DNA of 32,000 bases from Desulfocapsa sulfexigens DSM 10523 (GCF_000341395.1 NC_020304.1:1800001-1832000), one strand, 5' to 3'. Counted from the first letter of the stretch, positions 9,364 through 18,993 are shown. Numbers and translations: made by a program. Notes: generated by a model from the letters alone, not told the origin.

Positions 9364-10047
9364 ATGACTGAAGAAGTAGCCAAACAACGTGGACTGATAC
9401 GCCGTCTCTATGACTGGATGTTACACTGGGCTGACAGTAAGTATGGCCTGTTGGCTCTTGTTGGTCTCTCTTTTGCTGAGTCAAGTTTTTTTCCGATTCC
9501 TCCCGACGTGTTACTTATTGCTCTGGTTCTTGGAGCACCAACACGCTGGTATAACTATGCGTTCTGGTGCACTCTGGCCTCCGTGGCCGGGGGGCTGGCA
9601 GGCTATGGTATTGGAGTTTTTGCCTGGGATACGATGGGGCGTTGGATAGTTGAAAATGTGGCCCATGTGACCCTTGTGGATGTGAATGGACGGCTTGATA
9701 TCGCACTTCCGTCATATCTTGTTTCAAGTATGGGAAGCTCGCTTGGAGGAGAATACCTGTTTCAGGTCTATGATTACTGGAATGCCTGGATAGTCTTTAT
9801 TTTTGGTCTGACGCCTCTGCCGTATAAGTTGACCACCATCACAGCTGGGGTCGCCCATATCAACTTACCCATTTTTCTGATGGCGTCATTTGCTGCGAGG
9901 GCCTGTCGCTTTTTCGTGGTTGCCTGGCTTCTGCATAAGTGGGGCCCGCCTGCTAAGGAGTTTATAGACAAATATTTTAATATTCTCTGTATTTCCTTTG
10001 TTGTCCTGCTAATTGGTGGTTTTGCGGTCCTGAAATTCGTTTTTTAG
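9364..10047 (+). CDS. yqaA: YqaA-family (DedA/SNARE-associated-related) inner membrane protein
   Basis: 227-aa multi-pass membrane ORF. The N-terminal block LYDW...SFAESSFFPIPPDVLL is typical of the YqaA family. Confidence 0.7.
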   Translation: MTEEVAKQRGLIRRLYDWMLHWADSKYGLLALVGLSFAESSFFPIPPDVLLIALVLGAPTRWYNYAFWCTLASVAGGLAGYGIGVFAWDTMGRWIVENVAHVTLVDVNGRLDIALPSYLVSSMGSSLGGEYLFQVYDYWNAWIVFIFGLTPLPYKLTTITAGVAHINLPIFLMASFAARACRFFVVAWLLHKWGPPAKEFIDKYFNILCISFVVLLIGGFAVLKFVF

Positions 10048-10117
10048 TTGTGAGGCTTACGCAAAAAAAAGTCCTGGTTCCTTGGCGGAAGTGATCCGGG
10101 CTCACCGGGCGTTTGCC

Positions 10118-11425
10118 TCATAGCGATCCCAGGACAGTGGCAAGATTTCGAACTTCTGTCATGCATTCATTGAGGTCAAACGAGAGAAATTTACGCTCCT
10201 TTAATACGATAGTTCCATTGATAATAACCGTTTCAATATCTGCTCCATTGCCACTGTAGACCAGGGAGTCTGCACTGTAAAAGGGTTGCAGGTGAGGCTC
10301 TGCCAGGTTGAGCAGGGTGATATCTGCTTTGTATCCTGGTTTGATTCTTCCAACGTCTGTAAGGCCCAGGATTCTCGCATTATTGACAGTCGCTGCTGCA
10401 AGAGCTTTTCTGGCTGGCATGGCTGTGGCGTCAAGTGTCCGCAGTTTCTGACTTTTAGCCAGGGTATCCATTTCCCGAAAGAGGTCCAGGCCGTTGTTGG
10501 AGGCACTTCCATCTGTTCCGAGTCCGATTGGAATCCCCATTGTGTCCATGGTGGATGTTGCTGCAATTCCCGATGCCAGCTTGAAGTGACTTTGCGGACA
10601 GACCACTACTCCTGCGCCGCTTTGCTGAATAATTTTTCTATCGTCTTCATCAAGCCAGATACCGTGAATAAGAACGGTGTTTTTGTCCAGGAGATCGAGG
10701 GCTGCAAGGTGGCGAATCGGGCTTGTTCCCTGCGGGTCCATAATGTTTCCCATCTCATCTCTACTTTCTGCAATATGAATGAAAAAAGGAACCTGATGTT
10801 CTGTGGCAAGAGCTTTTGCTGATTGCAGGGTCTTTGGAGAGCAGGTGTAGGGGGAGTGGGCGAATACCCCAGGGGTGATTCTGTCATCCCTGTCCTTCCA
10901 GTCGGTTAGAAAAATGTTTACGGTATCAATATTTGTTTTTGGGTCGACAACACCGGGGGCTGGGAAATCCACGATACCCTGAGCTGGGATGGCCCGCATT
11001 CCTGATTCAAGGAGTGCACGTGCCGCTTGGTCTTCATAGAAGTATCCGTCTGCCACAGTGGTTGTACCGGAGAGAATCATCTCGGCCGCAGCAAGTTTTG
11101 TGCACCAGTAGACCATTTCTGGATTCACATGAGCAGCTTCCGCAGGAAAGATGTGGTCGTTCAGCCATTCTCCAAGCTCAAGATCATCGGCAAGTCCACG
11201 AAACAGAGTCATTGCACAGTGATTGTGTGCATTTATCAGGCCTGGCATCAGCAGTTTCCCAGTTCCTTCAATCAGGGTAGTGTCTGGAATTTCAGGCATT
11301 GATTCCATAGATCCAGAGGAGTGGATCAGCTCATCCTTACATAAAAGCCACTGGTTTTCTTTAAGTGGTGTGTCCGGATCCGTGAAAAGAGTGACATTGC
11401 TGATTAGTATGGAAGTGTTGGGCAT
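10118..11425 (-). CDS. mtaD: Amidohydrolase-superfamily deaminase, MtaD-like (5-methylthioadenosine/S-adenosylhomocysteine deaminase family)
   Basis: 435 aa. Metal-ligand pattern HNH (INAHNHCAMT), HIAES, IHGIW, GTDGSASNN. The overall pattern matches MtaD/TRZ-ATZ deaminases. The substrate is inferred only. Confidence 0.75.
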   Translation of the reverse strand: MPNTSILISNVTLFTDPDTPLKENQWLLCKDELIHSSGSMESMPEIPDTTLIEGTGKLLMPGLINAHNHCAMTLFRGLADDLELGEWLNDHIFPAEAAHVNPEMVYWCTKLAAAEMILSGTTTVADGYFYEDQAARALLESGMRAIPAQGIVDFPAPGVVDPKTNIDTVNIFLTDWKDRDDRITPGVFAHSPYTCSPKTLQSAKALATEHQVPFFIHIAESRDEMGNIMDPQGTSPIRHLAALDLLDKNTVLIHGIWLDEDDRKIIQQSGAGVVVCPQSHFKLASGIAATSTMDTMGIPIGLGTDGSASNNGLDLFREMDTLAKSQKLRTLDATAMPARKALAAATVNNARILGLTDVGRIKPGYKADITLLNLAEPHLQPFYSADSLVYSGNGADIETVIINGTIVLKERKFLSFDLNECMTEVRNLATVLGSL

Positions 11426-11553
11426 GTGTTGATCCTTGCAAAAAAATGGGCTTTTTATCTTTGAGCAGGGTATACTATCCTATTTTAAATAATTTGTCTT
11501 TACGTTTGATATTACTAGTTTTTACGCCCTGTTAAGGATGCAAGGAGTTATGT

Positions 11554-12651
11554 ATGGGTTTTCGTTGTGGGATCGTTGGGCTTCCAAATGTCGGGAAGTC
11601 TACAATTTTTAATGCTTTAACTGCTGCTGGTATTGATGCTGAAAATTATCCTTTTTGCACCATTGAGCCAAACGTGGGGATTGTGCCTGTACCGGATAAG
11701 CGCCTGGATGTGCTGGCTGAGATGGCCAATACAAGACGCAAGGTGGCCACCCAGATGGAGTTTGTGGATATTGCAGGTCTGGTGAAGGGAGCCAGTCAGG
11801 GTGAAGGTCTTGGAAATCAATTCCTCGGTCATATAAGACAGGTGGATGCCCTTGTGCATGTGATTCGCTGTTTTGAGGATGAGAATATTGTCCATGTGGA
11901 TGGCTCTATAGATCCGGTCAGAGATAAAGAGGTGATCACCATGGAGCTGATTCTTGCAGATCTTGATACCGTGGAGAAACGGCTCAGGAAGGCTCAGTCC
12001 CTGGCAAAGTCCGGTGATAAAAAACTGAAGGCCCAGGCTGTTTTTCTTGAGCGTCTCCGTGATGTGCTCGATAGTGGTGCATCTGCCAGAACCCTTGAGC
12101 CTGAAGGGGATATGGAAAAAGAGATGATGAAAGAGATGTGTCTTCTGACTGACAAGCCTGTTCTCTATGTGGCCAATGTCAAGGAAGAGGATGTGACAGA
12201 TGGAAATGAGCATGTCCGGGCCCTTGAAAGACTCGCTCAGGAAGATGGTGATGGAGTAGTTATCATAGCTGGCTCAATCGAACAGGAGTTGAGCCAGCTG
12301 GACCAGGAGGAGAGGCAGGAATTCCTCGCCGACATGGGAATGGAAGAGCCGGGACTGAACCGGTTGATCGCTGCCGGTTATAAATTACTTGGCCTGATCA
12401 CCTATTTTACTGTTGGTGAAAAAGAGACCAGGGCCTGGACGATCTCTCGTGGAACTAAGGCGCCGGGAGCAGCAGGGAAAATACATTCTGATTTCCAACG
12501 GGGTTTTATTCGTGCCGAAACCATAAGCTATGATGATTTTGTTGCCTGTGATGGTGAAAGCGGGGCTAAGGAAAAAGGGGTAATGCGCTCCGAGGGAAAG
12601 GAATATGTCGTGGCAGACGGTGATTGTCTGAATTTTCGCTTTAATGTTTAA
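11554..12651 (+). CDS. ychF: Ribosome-binding ATPase YchF
   Basis: 365 aa. G1 [10 protein letters not shown]3 DIAGLV, and the typical C-terminal TGS-like domain. AAGGAG RBS. Confidence 0.95.
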   Translation: MGFRCGIVGLPNVGKSTIFNALTAAGIDAENYPFCTIEPNVGIVPVPDKRLDVLAEMANTRRKVATQMEFVDIAGLVKGASQGEGLGNQFLGHIRQVDALVHVIRCFEDENIVHVDGSIDPVRDKEVITMELILADLDTVEKRLRKAQSLAKSGDKKLKAQAVFLERLRDVLDSGASARTLEPEGDMEKEMMKEMCLLTDKPVLYVANVKEEDVTDGNEHVRALERLAQEDGDGVVIIAGSIEQELSQLDQEERQEFLADMGMEEPGLNRLIAAGYKLLGLITYFTVGEKETRAWTISRGTKAPGAAGKIHSDFQRGFIRAETISYDDFVACDGESGAKEKGVMRSEGKEYVVADGDCLNFRFNV

Positions 12652-12666
12652 GGGAAATTTCCTGAG

Positions 12667-13668
12667 ATGCACTTTCATCAACCCTCTGATACTCCATTTC
12701 GCATAGCCAGGAAGCCTTTTTATGGTCAGCAGCAGGCAAAGAATCTGCTGCGCAGAAGTCTTGCTGCAGATCGTCTGGCCCATGCCTATCTTTTTCGGGG
12801 GCCGGAAGGTGTCGGCAAACAGCTGTTTGCAAGGGGGCTTACAGCTGCGGTTAACTGTAACCACAGACAGGATCTCTCTGCCTGTGGTGTCTGTTCCTCC
12901 TGTAAAAAGTTCGCAGCAGGCACACATCCTGACTTTCTTCTTGTCTCTCCGGAAAAGGGGACTATCAAGATTGCGCAGATCCGAAAACTCATCAAGGATC
13001 TCTCCTTTGCGCCCTATGAAGCTGGGACACGTGTGGTACTTATTGAAGATGTACACACAATGCGCCAGGAGGCGGCAAACAGTCTCCTGAAAACACTTGA
13101 GGAGCCACCTCCCAACAATCTTCTGATTTTAACTGCAGATTCGGCTGGACATGTATTGCAGACAATTCTTTCCAGGTGTCAGACAGTGCCCTTTTATCCA
13201 CTGAGCTTTACGGAGACAGTGGAGGTTCTGAGGGGGCAGGATGATAAGCTGGATCTGCAGACAGCTGTGCTCCTGGCCAGGCTGGCTGAAGGTAGTCCTG
13301 GCAGAGCTCAACTGTTTCAGCAGCTTGATCTCGTTGGAGTCTGGCAGGATCTTCTTGCCGTGCTTACTGTGCAGGGGAGTGACGAAGCTCTGGATGTCAG
13401 CAGGATATTGATGATGGCAGAATCGATGGCTGCCCTGAAGGAGAATTTACCTCATCTCTTTTCACTTGTCAGGCTCTGGATTAGAGATTGTCTCTTCGAA
13501 ATTCATGGGCAACGAGTGGATACAGAGACTCTGAATACACGGAAAGACTGGAATTCCGAACAGTATTTTGCTAAACTGCAGGCGATCAGTCAGGCAGAAA
13601 AAGAACTTGCCCGAAATTGTAACCGGACACTTGTGTGTGAAGTGCTTCTCTTTCGGCTGAAAGAATAG
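12667..13668 (+). CDS. holB: DNA polymerase III subunit delta-prime
   Basis: 333 aa. AHAYLFRGPEGVGK, Zn module C-x8-C-x2-C-x2-C (CNHRQDLSACGVCSSC), SRCQ sensor motif. Clamp-loader architecture. Confidence 0.85.
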   Translation: MHFHQPSDTPFRIARKPFYGQQQAKNLLRRSLAADRLAHAYLFRGPEGVGKQLFARGLTAAVNCNHRQDLSACGVCSSCKKFAAGTHPDFLLVSPEKGTIKIAQIRKLIKDLSFAPYEAGTRVVLIEDVHTMRQEAANSLLKTLEEPPPNNLLILTADSAGHVLQTILSRCQTVPFYPLSFTETVEVLRGQDDKLDLQTAVLLARLAEGSPGRAQLFQQLDLVGVWQDLLAVLTVQGSDEALDVSRILMMAESMAALKENLPHLFSLVRLWIRDCLFEIHGQRVDTETLNTRKDWNSEQYFAKLQAISQAEKELARNCNRTLVCEVLLFRLKE

Positions 13669-13676
13669 AAGGAATT

Positions 13677-14609
13677 ATGGCAGACCAACAGCAACACAAT
13701 GAGAGCATTCAGCTCGAACCCGAAACGAAGAAGGAAGCAGCAGTACAGTATTTTTATCGTTTTCGGTTTCGCGCCAAAGGCCAGGAATTTACAGCATCGT
13801 CCATTCTCGATGATTTGAAAAAAGGTGAAGTGGTGATGGTGCGGGGGGAATTTGGATTGGAACCGGCCGAGATTGTCTGCATGGCTCCAGCCTGTCGTGA
13901 CTCGGAAGTAGCGCGACTGGCGAGCTACGAAATTTCACGTCGTGCTGCCCATGAAGAGTGTAATCGTTATGAAAATATTCCCATTGAAGAAGCAGCTGCT
14001 TTTGTATCCTGTAAGGAATTGATACTTCGTCACGCGCTGCAGATGCGTCTTGTTCGGGTGGAACGCTTTTTTAATGGCAGTAAGATGATTTTTTATTTTA
14101 CTGCAGATAAGCGTGTGGATTTCAGGGCTTTGGTCAAGGATCTGGTGCAGGAATTCAGGACCCGAGTAGAAATGCGTCAGGTTGGAGTGCGTCATGAGAC
14201 TAAGATGATTGGAGGGTTGGGGACATGCGGTAGAGAACTCTGCTGTTCAGGGCATATGAAAAAATTTGATTCCGTCTCCATCAAGATGGCTAAGGAGCAG
14301 GATCTGCCTTTAAACCCGTCAAAGATTTCCGGTGTTTGTAATAGGCTGCTCTGTTGTTTGACATATGAGTTTGAGACGTACAGAAGAGAACGTAAGGGAA
14401 TGCCCCGTCCTGGAAAAAAAATTATGGTTGACGGCCACTGCTATCGGGTGAGGCGTCAAAATCCTCTACAGTCAACCCTGCAGGTAGTAGATGAAGAGGG
14501 TGAAGTTCGGCTTTTAGAGGCAGAACAATGGACGAACGCTGAGTCGGTAAAACCGGAAAAGAAAACGAATAGAGGAAAAAAAGACAAGAAGACTGGTGAA
14601 GAGGAGTAA
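13677..14609 (+). CDS. PSP1 domain protein (YaaT/RicT-like)
   Basis: 310 aa. PSP1 C-terminal domain pattern (FNGSKMIFYFTADKRVDFRALVKDL...RVEMRQVG), then two C-x4-CC motifs (CGRELCC, CNRLLCC). It sits immediately after holB, as yaaT does in Bacillus. AAGGA RBS. Confidence 0.8.
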   Translation: MADQQQHNESIQLEPETKKEAAVQYFYRFRFRAKGQEFTASSILDDLKKGEVVMVRGEFGLEPAEIVCMAPACRDSEVARLASYEISRRAAHEECNRYENIPIEEAAAFVSCKELILRHALQMRLVRVERFFNGSKMIFYFTADKRVDFRALVKDLVQEFRTRVEMRQVGVRHETKMIGGLGTCGRELCCSGHMKKFDSVSIKMAKEQDLPLNPSKISGVCNRLLCCLTYEFETYRRERKGMPRPGKKIMVDGHCYRVRRQNPLQSTLQVVDEEGEVRLLEAEQWTNAESVKPEKKTNRGKKDKKTGEEE

Positions 14610-14640
14610 CTTTCACTCTGTCTGAGAGTATTTTTATACA

Positions 14641-16587
14641 ATGACAACTTATATCACAACCCCAATTTATTACGTAAATGCCCAGCCGCATCTGGGGCAC
14701 GCCTATACCACCATCGTCGCTGATACCTATGCCAGATTTCGGCGTTTGAGCGGGGATACAGTCAGATTCCAGACTGGAACCGATGAACATGGTGACAAGA
14801 TAGCAGAAGCAGCAGCAAAGGAAGGAGAGAGCCCTAAGCAGTATGTTGATCGAATCAGTGGGATGTTCCGTGAAACCTGGCCACTGCTCGATATTGCTCC
14901 GGATCATTTCATTCGTACCACCGATAGTGATCATGTGGCTACGGTCCAGTCTATACTGCAGCAGGTCTATGATAAGGGTGATATCTATTTTGATCAATAT
15001 TCTGGTTTGTACTGCACGGGTTGTGAGCGATTTCTGACGGAAAAGGAACTGGTTGATGGGAAATGTCCGGATCATCAGACCACGCCCAATGAATTAGCTG
15101 AAGAGAATTATTTTTTCCGGATGTCAAAGTATCAGCAGGAACTGATTGATCACATTCATGCTCATCCGGACTTTATAACGCCGGAGCGCTACAGGAATGA
15201 AGTGCTCTCCTTTTTGAGCGAGCCTCTGGAGGATCTCTGTATTTCACGACCAACTTCACGCCTTACCTGGGGGATTCCTCTGCCCTTTGATGAAAACTTT
15301 GTAACCTATGTCTGGTTTGATGCCCTCATCAATTATCTTACCGGGATTGGCTATCCGGATGGAGATCAGTTTGCAGAGTACTGGGCTGTCGCTGAGCACG
15401 TGATAGCCAAGGACATTCTGAAACCTCATGCTATTTACTGGCCAACCATGATACTTGCCATGGGGCTGCCGCTCTATCGAAAACTCCATGTCCATGGTTA
15501 CTGGAATGTAGAAGACACCAAGATGTCCAAAAGTATAGGGAATGTTGTGCGACCTGCTGAACTTATCGAAGAGTATGGGGTGGATAGTATCCGTTATTTT
15601 ACCCTGCGCGAGATGTCTTTTGGACTGGATGCATCGTTCAGCTCCGATGCAATTATTGCAAGAAAAAATTCAGATCTTGCAAATGATCTTGGTAATCTCT
15701 ACAGCCGCTCTACAGCAATGCTGTTTAAGTACACCGACGGTGTGGTGCCGCTGCCAGTGAGTGCCGATGATGATAACGTTCTTTCGGATCTTGCGGAAAA
15801 AGTTTTTTCCACATATCGGGAGGCCATGAATACTTTTCAGTTTCACCGTGGTCTCCAGGCAATATGGGAGCTGATCAGTCAGGCCAATAAATATATTGTA
15901 ACAAATGAGCCATGGACTCTTGTCAAAGATCCGGGGCAGATTGGTCGTCTGCATACTGTGCTGTATAATCTTGCAGAAACCCTGCGTATACTCACTCTGC
16001 TTCTTCAGCCGGTGATGCCTGGAACCTGTAAAAAAATGGCAGAAGGTCTCGGACTTGAAGAAGACAGTGCGTTAATCCAGGATTTGATGCTAAACGGTGG
16101 CTGGGGGAAACTTGAGCCGAAGACTGTGTTGCAGAAAAGTGATGCGCTTTTTCCGCGGGTTGATACAAAAAAGAAGCAACAGCATCTGGAGCAGGAATCC
16201 CAAAAGAATACAAAGAAGGCAGCAAAGAAAAAGCAGCAGGAGGAAAAAACCGAGGGAGTAATTAGCTTTGACCAGTTTCAGAAGGTTGAATTACGGGTGG
16301 CTGAAATTGTGACTGCCGAAGCCGTTAAGAAGTCTGATCGCTTGTTAAAACTCACGGTTAGAGCCCCTGAAGAGCGGGTTATCGTAGCTGGGATCGCGGA
16401 ATTTTATCAACCGGAGGATCTTCCAGGTATGCAGGTACTGATTGTGGCAAACCTGCAGCCTGTGAAGCTTATGGGTGTGGAATCCCAGGGGATGGTACTT
16501 GCGGCAAAGACAGAGGTGGATGGTAAAAATCGCCTGGTGCTTTCCGCGGTAAGTGCACCAGTTCCGCCGGGCTCACGTGTCGCCTGA
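14641..16587 (+). CDS. metG: Methionine--tRNA ligase with C-terminal tRNA-binding domain
   Basis: 648 aa. Class I HIGH (PHLGHAYT) and KMSKS motifs, Zn knuckle CTGCERF...CPDH, a Lys-rich linker, and an EMAP/Trbp111-like C-terminal domain. Confidence 0.95.
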   Translation: MTTYITTPIYYVNAQPHLGHAYTTIVADTYARFRRLSGDTVRFQTGTDEHGDKIAEAAAKEGESPKQYVDRISGMFRETWPLLDIAPDHFIRTTDSDHVATVQSILQQVYDKGDIYFDQYSGLYCTGCERFLTEKELVDGKCPDHQTTPNELAEENYFFRMSKYQQELIDHIHAHPDFITPERYRNEVLSFLSEPLEDLCISRPTSRLTWGIPLPFDENFVTYVWFDALINYLTGIGYPDGDQFAEYWAVAEHVIAKDILKPHAIYWPTMILAMGLPLYRKLHVHGYWNVEDTKMSKSIGNVVRPAELIEEYGVDSIRYFTLREMSFGLDASFSSDAIIARKNSDLANDLGNLYSRSTAMLFKYTDGVVPLPVSADDDNVLSDLAEKVFSTYREAMNTFQFHRGLQAIWELISQANKYIVTNEPWTLVKDPGQIGRLHTVLYNLAETLRILTLLLQPVMPGTCKKMAEGLGLEEDSALIQDLMLNGGWGKLEPKTVLQKSDALFPRVDTKKKQQHLEQESQKNTKKAAKKKQQEEKTEGVISFDQFQKVELRVAEIVTAEAVKKSDRLLKLTVRAPEERVIVAGIAEFYQPEDLPGMQVLIVANLQPVKLMGVESQGMVLAAKTEVDGKNRLVLSAVSAPVPPGSRVA

Positions 16588-16619
16588 GGCGTACTCAAAA
16601 ATAATTATGGAGTTGTACA

Positions 16620-16919
16620 ATGTTTGTTGTGAATAATTTTATGATGGCCATAGCCCAGTTGATTGATTTTCTACTTACGGCTTATATGTGGATCATCATT
16701 GGTAGAGCGGTCATATCTTGGGTCAATGCTGATCCTTATAATCCCATTGTTCGTTTTTTGTATGATGTAACTGAGCCTTTGTTGAGTCGCATCAGGCGCG
16801 TCATTCCCATGAGTATGGGAGGGATAGATTTTTCTCCCATGATTTTAATTATGGCGATTATGTTTCTTCAGAGTTTTCTGGTGCCTACCCTGAAACAGTT
16901 GGCAACAGCAATGGGTTAG
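16620..16919 (+). CDS. yggT: YggT family membrane protein
   Basis: 99 aa with two hydrophobic helices. YGGT-family pattern WIIIGRAVISWV...NPIVRFLYDVTEPLLSRIRRVIP. Confidence 0.85.
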   Translation: MFVVNNFMMAIAQLIDFLLTAYMWIIIGRAVISWVNADPYNPIVRFLYDVTEPLLSRIRRVIPMSMGGIDFSPMILIMAIMFLQSFLVPTLKQLATAMG

Positions 16920-16932
16920 AGAGGAATTTACT

Positions 16933-17961
16933 ATGGCTATCACTCCGCAATTAATTAAGGATCAGGAATTTCAGATTAAATTCAGAGGATGCGATCCACT
17001 GGAAGTAAGAGATTATCTGGAGACTATTGCTGATGAGTTTTTTGAACTACAGCAGCAGTGTAAAGAGCAGGCGGAAGAGCTTGAAGTTCTGCGGAAGGAC
17101 AGGGAAGCTTCAAAAGATTATACCGGGTCTCTGGAAACCGATATGGAGTTTACCAGAAAAATTTCTGAAGAGCTCAAAGATGGCTGTGCCCAAAAGGAAG
17201 AAAAAGTCAGGGAATTGAGCAGAGAGATTGAAGAGTTACAGCTGCGAATTGCCGATATGGAGCAAGAAAATGCTGAGCGCGACGAAGAGGTGAGTGCGGC
17301 CAATGCCAGAATTGATGAGGCTGAGGCGGCCTTAAAAGTTGTTGAGAAAGAAAAGAGCAGTCTGCAGAATAAGCTGGAAATTCTTCAGGAACAAAACAGT
17401 GATTTGAAAAAAGAGGAGGTTGACTTTAAGGCAGCACTCGCAACTGCTCAGCAGTTTGCTGAAGACCTCAAGGAAAAAAGTAGAATACAGGCCGCAGAGA
17501 TGATTGCCGAGGCCAAATCTGAAATTAACAGGATTCGTGATGAAGCTCACGAGGAGTTAGAACGTCTGCCACGCGAAATCGATGCCTTGAAAAAGAAAAA
17601 GGGAGAGGTCAAGGAGAACTTGAAATCCACCCTTACAAGTTACCTGGAAACCATTGAAGTGTTTTATCCGGATGACGAGGAGGAAGATCGTGCAGTTACT
17701 GAAGGTGAGGGTGGCGATGAAGAGAAGCACGAGGAGAACGAACTTTTTCAGAAAGTTATGATTAATGATGACGGCTCAATTGCTTCTGAAGACCTTGATA
17801 AATTAAATGCTGATTCAACCTATTCAGGGAGCAGTATGGACGAAAATGTTCTTGATTCTCTCTTTAGAGAGGGCGATGCTGGTGAAAAGGGTGATGATGC
17901 TTTCAGTCTGAATGATATGTTCAATCTGGAAACAGATGTGGATAAAAAGAAATCTTCCTAA
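16933..17961 (+). CDS. divIVA: DivIVA domain protein
   Basis: 342 aa. N-terminal DivIVA domain (ITPQLIKDQEFQIKFRGCDPLEVRDYLETIADEF), a long Glu/Lys-rich coiled coil, and an acidic C-terminal tail. Confidence 0.8.
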   Translation: MAITPQLIKDQEFQIKFRGCDPLEVRDYLETIADEFFELQQQCKEQAEELEVLRKDREASKDYTGSLETDMEFTRKISEELKDGCAQKEEKVRELSREIEELQLRIADMEQENAERDEEVSAANARIDEAEAALKVVEKEKSSLQNKLEILQEQNSDLKKEEVDFKAALATAQQFAEDLKEKSRIQAAEMIAEAKSEINRIRDEAHEELERLPREIDALKKKKGEVKENLKSTLTSYLETIEVFYPDDEEEDRAVTEGEGGDEEKHEENELFQKVMINDDGSIASEDLDKLNADSTYSGSSMDENVLDSLFREGDAGEKGDDAFSLNDMFNLETDVDKKKSS

Positions 17962-17973
17962 TGAAGAAAGTTG

Positions 17974-18273
17974 ATGCCTTATCTCTCAAACACCGGGGAC
18001 GGTTGTCTGCTGCTGAGAGTGTATGTCCAGCCACGAGCATCTCGTAACAGTTTTGCGGGATTACACGACAATGCAATGAGGCTTACCATCACCGCGCCTC
18101 CTGTGGATGGTAAGGCCAACGCCGCAGTAATTCAGTTTCTTGCCTCATTTCTCAATGTAAAAAAGAAGGATCTGGAAATTAAACACGGCCTGCAGTCTCG
18201 AAATAAAAGTGTTCTGATTAAAGGACTGAGTGCAGAGTATATCAGGTCTAAGGTAGAAGCTGTTTCAGCATGA
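17974..18273 (+). CDS. yggU: DUF167 family protein YggU
   Basis: LLLRVYVQPRASRNSFAGLH...LTITAPPVDGKANAAVIQFLA closely parallels E. coli YggU. The ORF track starts at TTG 17971. The adjacent ATG at 17974 seems more likely. Confidence 0.8.
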   Translation: MPYLSNTGDGCLLLRVYVQPRASRNSFAGLHDNAMRLTITAPPVDGKANAAVIQFLASFLNVKKKDLEIKHGLQSRNKSVLIKGLSAEYIRSKVEAVSA

Positions 18274-18294
18274 ACAATTGCTCTGGAGGTATGA

Positions 18295-18993
18295 ATGAAA
18301 AAGTATGTAATTGGAAACTGGAAAAGCAATAAGACCAGAAAGGCTGCCCAGGAATGGTTTGCCGAATTTGCTGATCTTTATCGCCCGGTGGATGGTTTAG
18401 AAGTTATTGTTGCACCTTCTTTTATTTGTCTTTGCAGTTTATCAGAGTATGTTCAGGCTCTTGAGTTGATTAATTTTTCTCTTGCTGCTCAGGATGTTTC
18501 TCCTTTCCCCAAAGGTTCCTATACGGGTGCCGTGGCTGCGGATATGATAAGGGGAATGGTTGAGTATGTGATCATCGGCCATTCAGAACGAAGGCGCTAT
18601 TTTCACGAAACCTCCCAGGACACAGCAAACAAGATGTCAGAGACGGTGGCTGCTGGTCTCAGGCCCATTGTCTGCATTGATCAACCCTATGCCATGTCTC
18701 AACTCACCGCTTTCAATGATATCGATTGTGATGAACTGCTTATTGCGTATGGTCCAAAGGAAGCAGCAATGGCAAGAATCCCCGAGCAGCCGAAGCGTGT
18801 GGCAGAGGCGGCGCAGTTTATCAGCCAGGTGCAGGTAAATAGGCCCATCGTGTATGGAGGTTCGTTGCTGGTTGAGAATGTGGATGAGTATATTGCGCTT
18901 CCGGAGCTTTCAGGGCTCCTTATCGGGCAATCAAGCCTTGATGCGAGATCTTTTGCAGGGATATGCAATAAGGTCGGTGATTTTCTCAAATAA
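18295..18993 (+). CDS. tpiA: Triosephosphate isomerase-like protein with non-canonical active-site loop
   Basis: 232 aa. TIM signatures GNWKSN, IIGHSERR and YGGSL are present. The invariant AYEPxWAIGTG motif reads AYGPKEAAMAR, with Gly153 at the catalytic Glu position (see findings). Family assignment is confident but TPI activity is not. Confidence 0.7.
   Translation: MKKYVIGNWKSNKTRKAAQEWFAEFADLYRPVDGLEVIVAPSFICLCSLSEYVQALELINFSLAAQDVSPFPKGSYTGAVAADMIRGMVEYVIIGHSERRRYFHETSQDTANKMSETVAAGLRPIVCIDQPYAMSQLTAFNDIDCDELLIAYGPKEAAMARIPEQPKRVAEAAQFISQVQVNRPIVYGGSLLVENVDEYIALPELSGLLIGQSSLDARSFAGICNKVGDFLK

Noticed and set aside
11426-11553. 7-bp inverted repeat TCCTTGC / GCAAGGA about 100 nt apart in the mtaD-ychF divergent spacer, considered as a possible regulatory stem.
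   Set aside because: The two arms are simply the Shine-Dalgarno contexts (GCAAGGA) of the two divergent genes on opposite strands, so no extra explanation is needed.
11617-12213. Long antisense ORFs opposite well-supported genes: 11617-12213 (198 aa, opposite ychF), 12385-13056 (223 aa), 14422-15075 (217 aa), 27509-28285 (258 aa, opposite dprA), 10286-10822 (178 aa, opposite mtaD) and 31379-31969 (196 aa, opposite dsrA).
   Set aside because: Each lies entirely opposite a gene with unmistakable family motifs. Their translations are low-complexity, rich in Ser, Leu, Arg, His and Cys, with no recognisable motifs and no RBS. They look like shadow ORFs.
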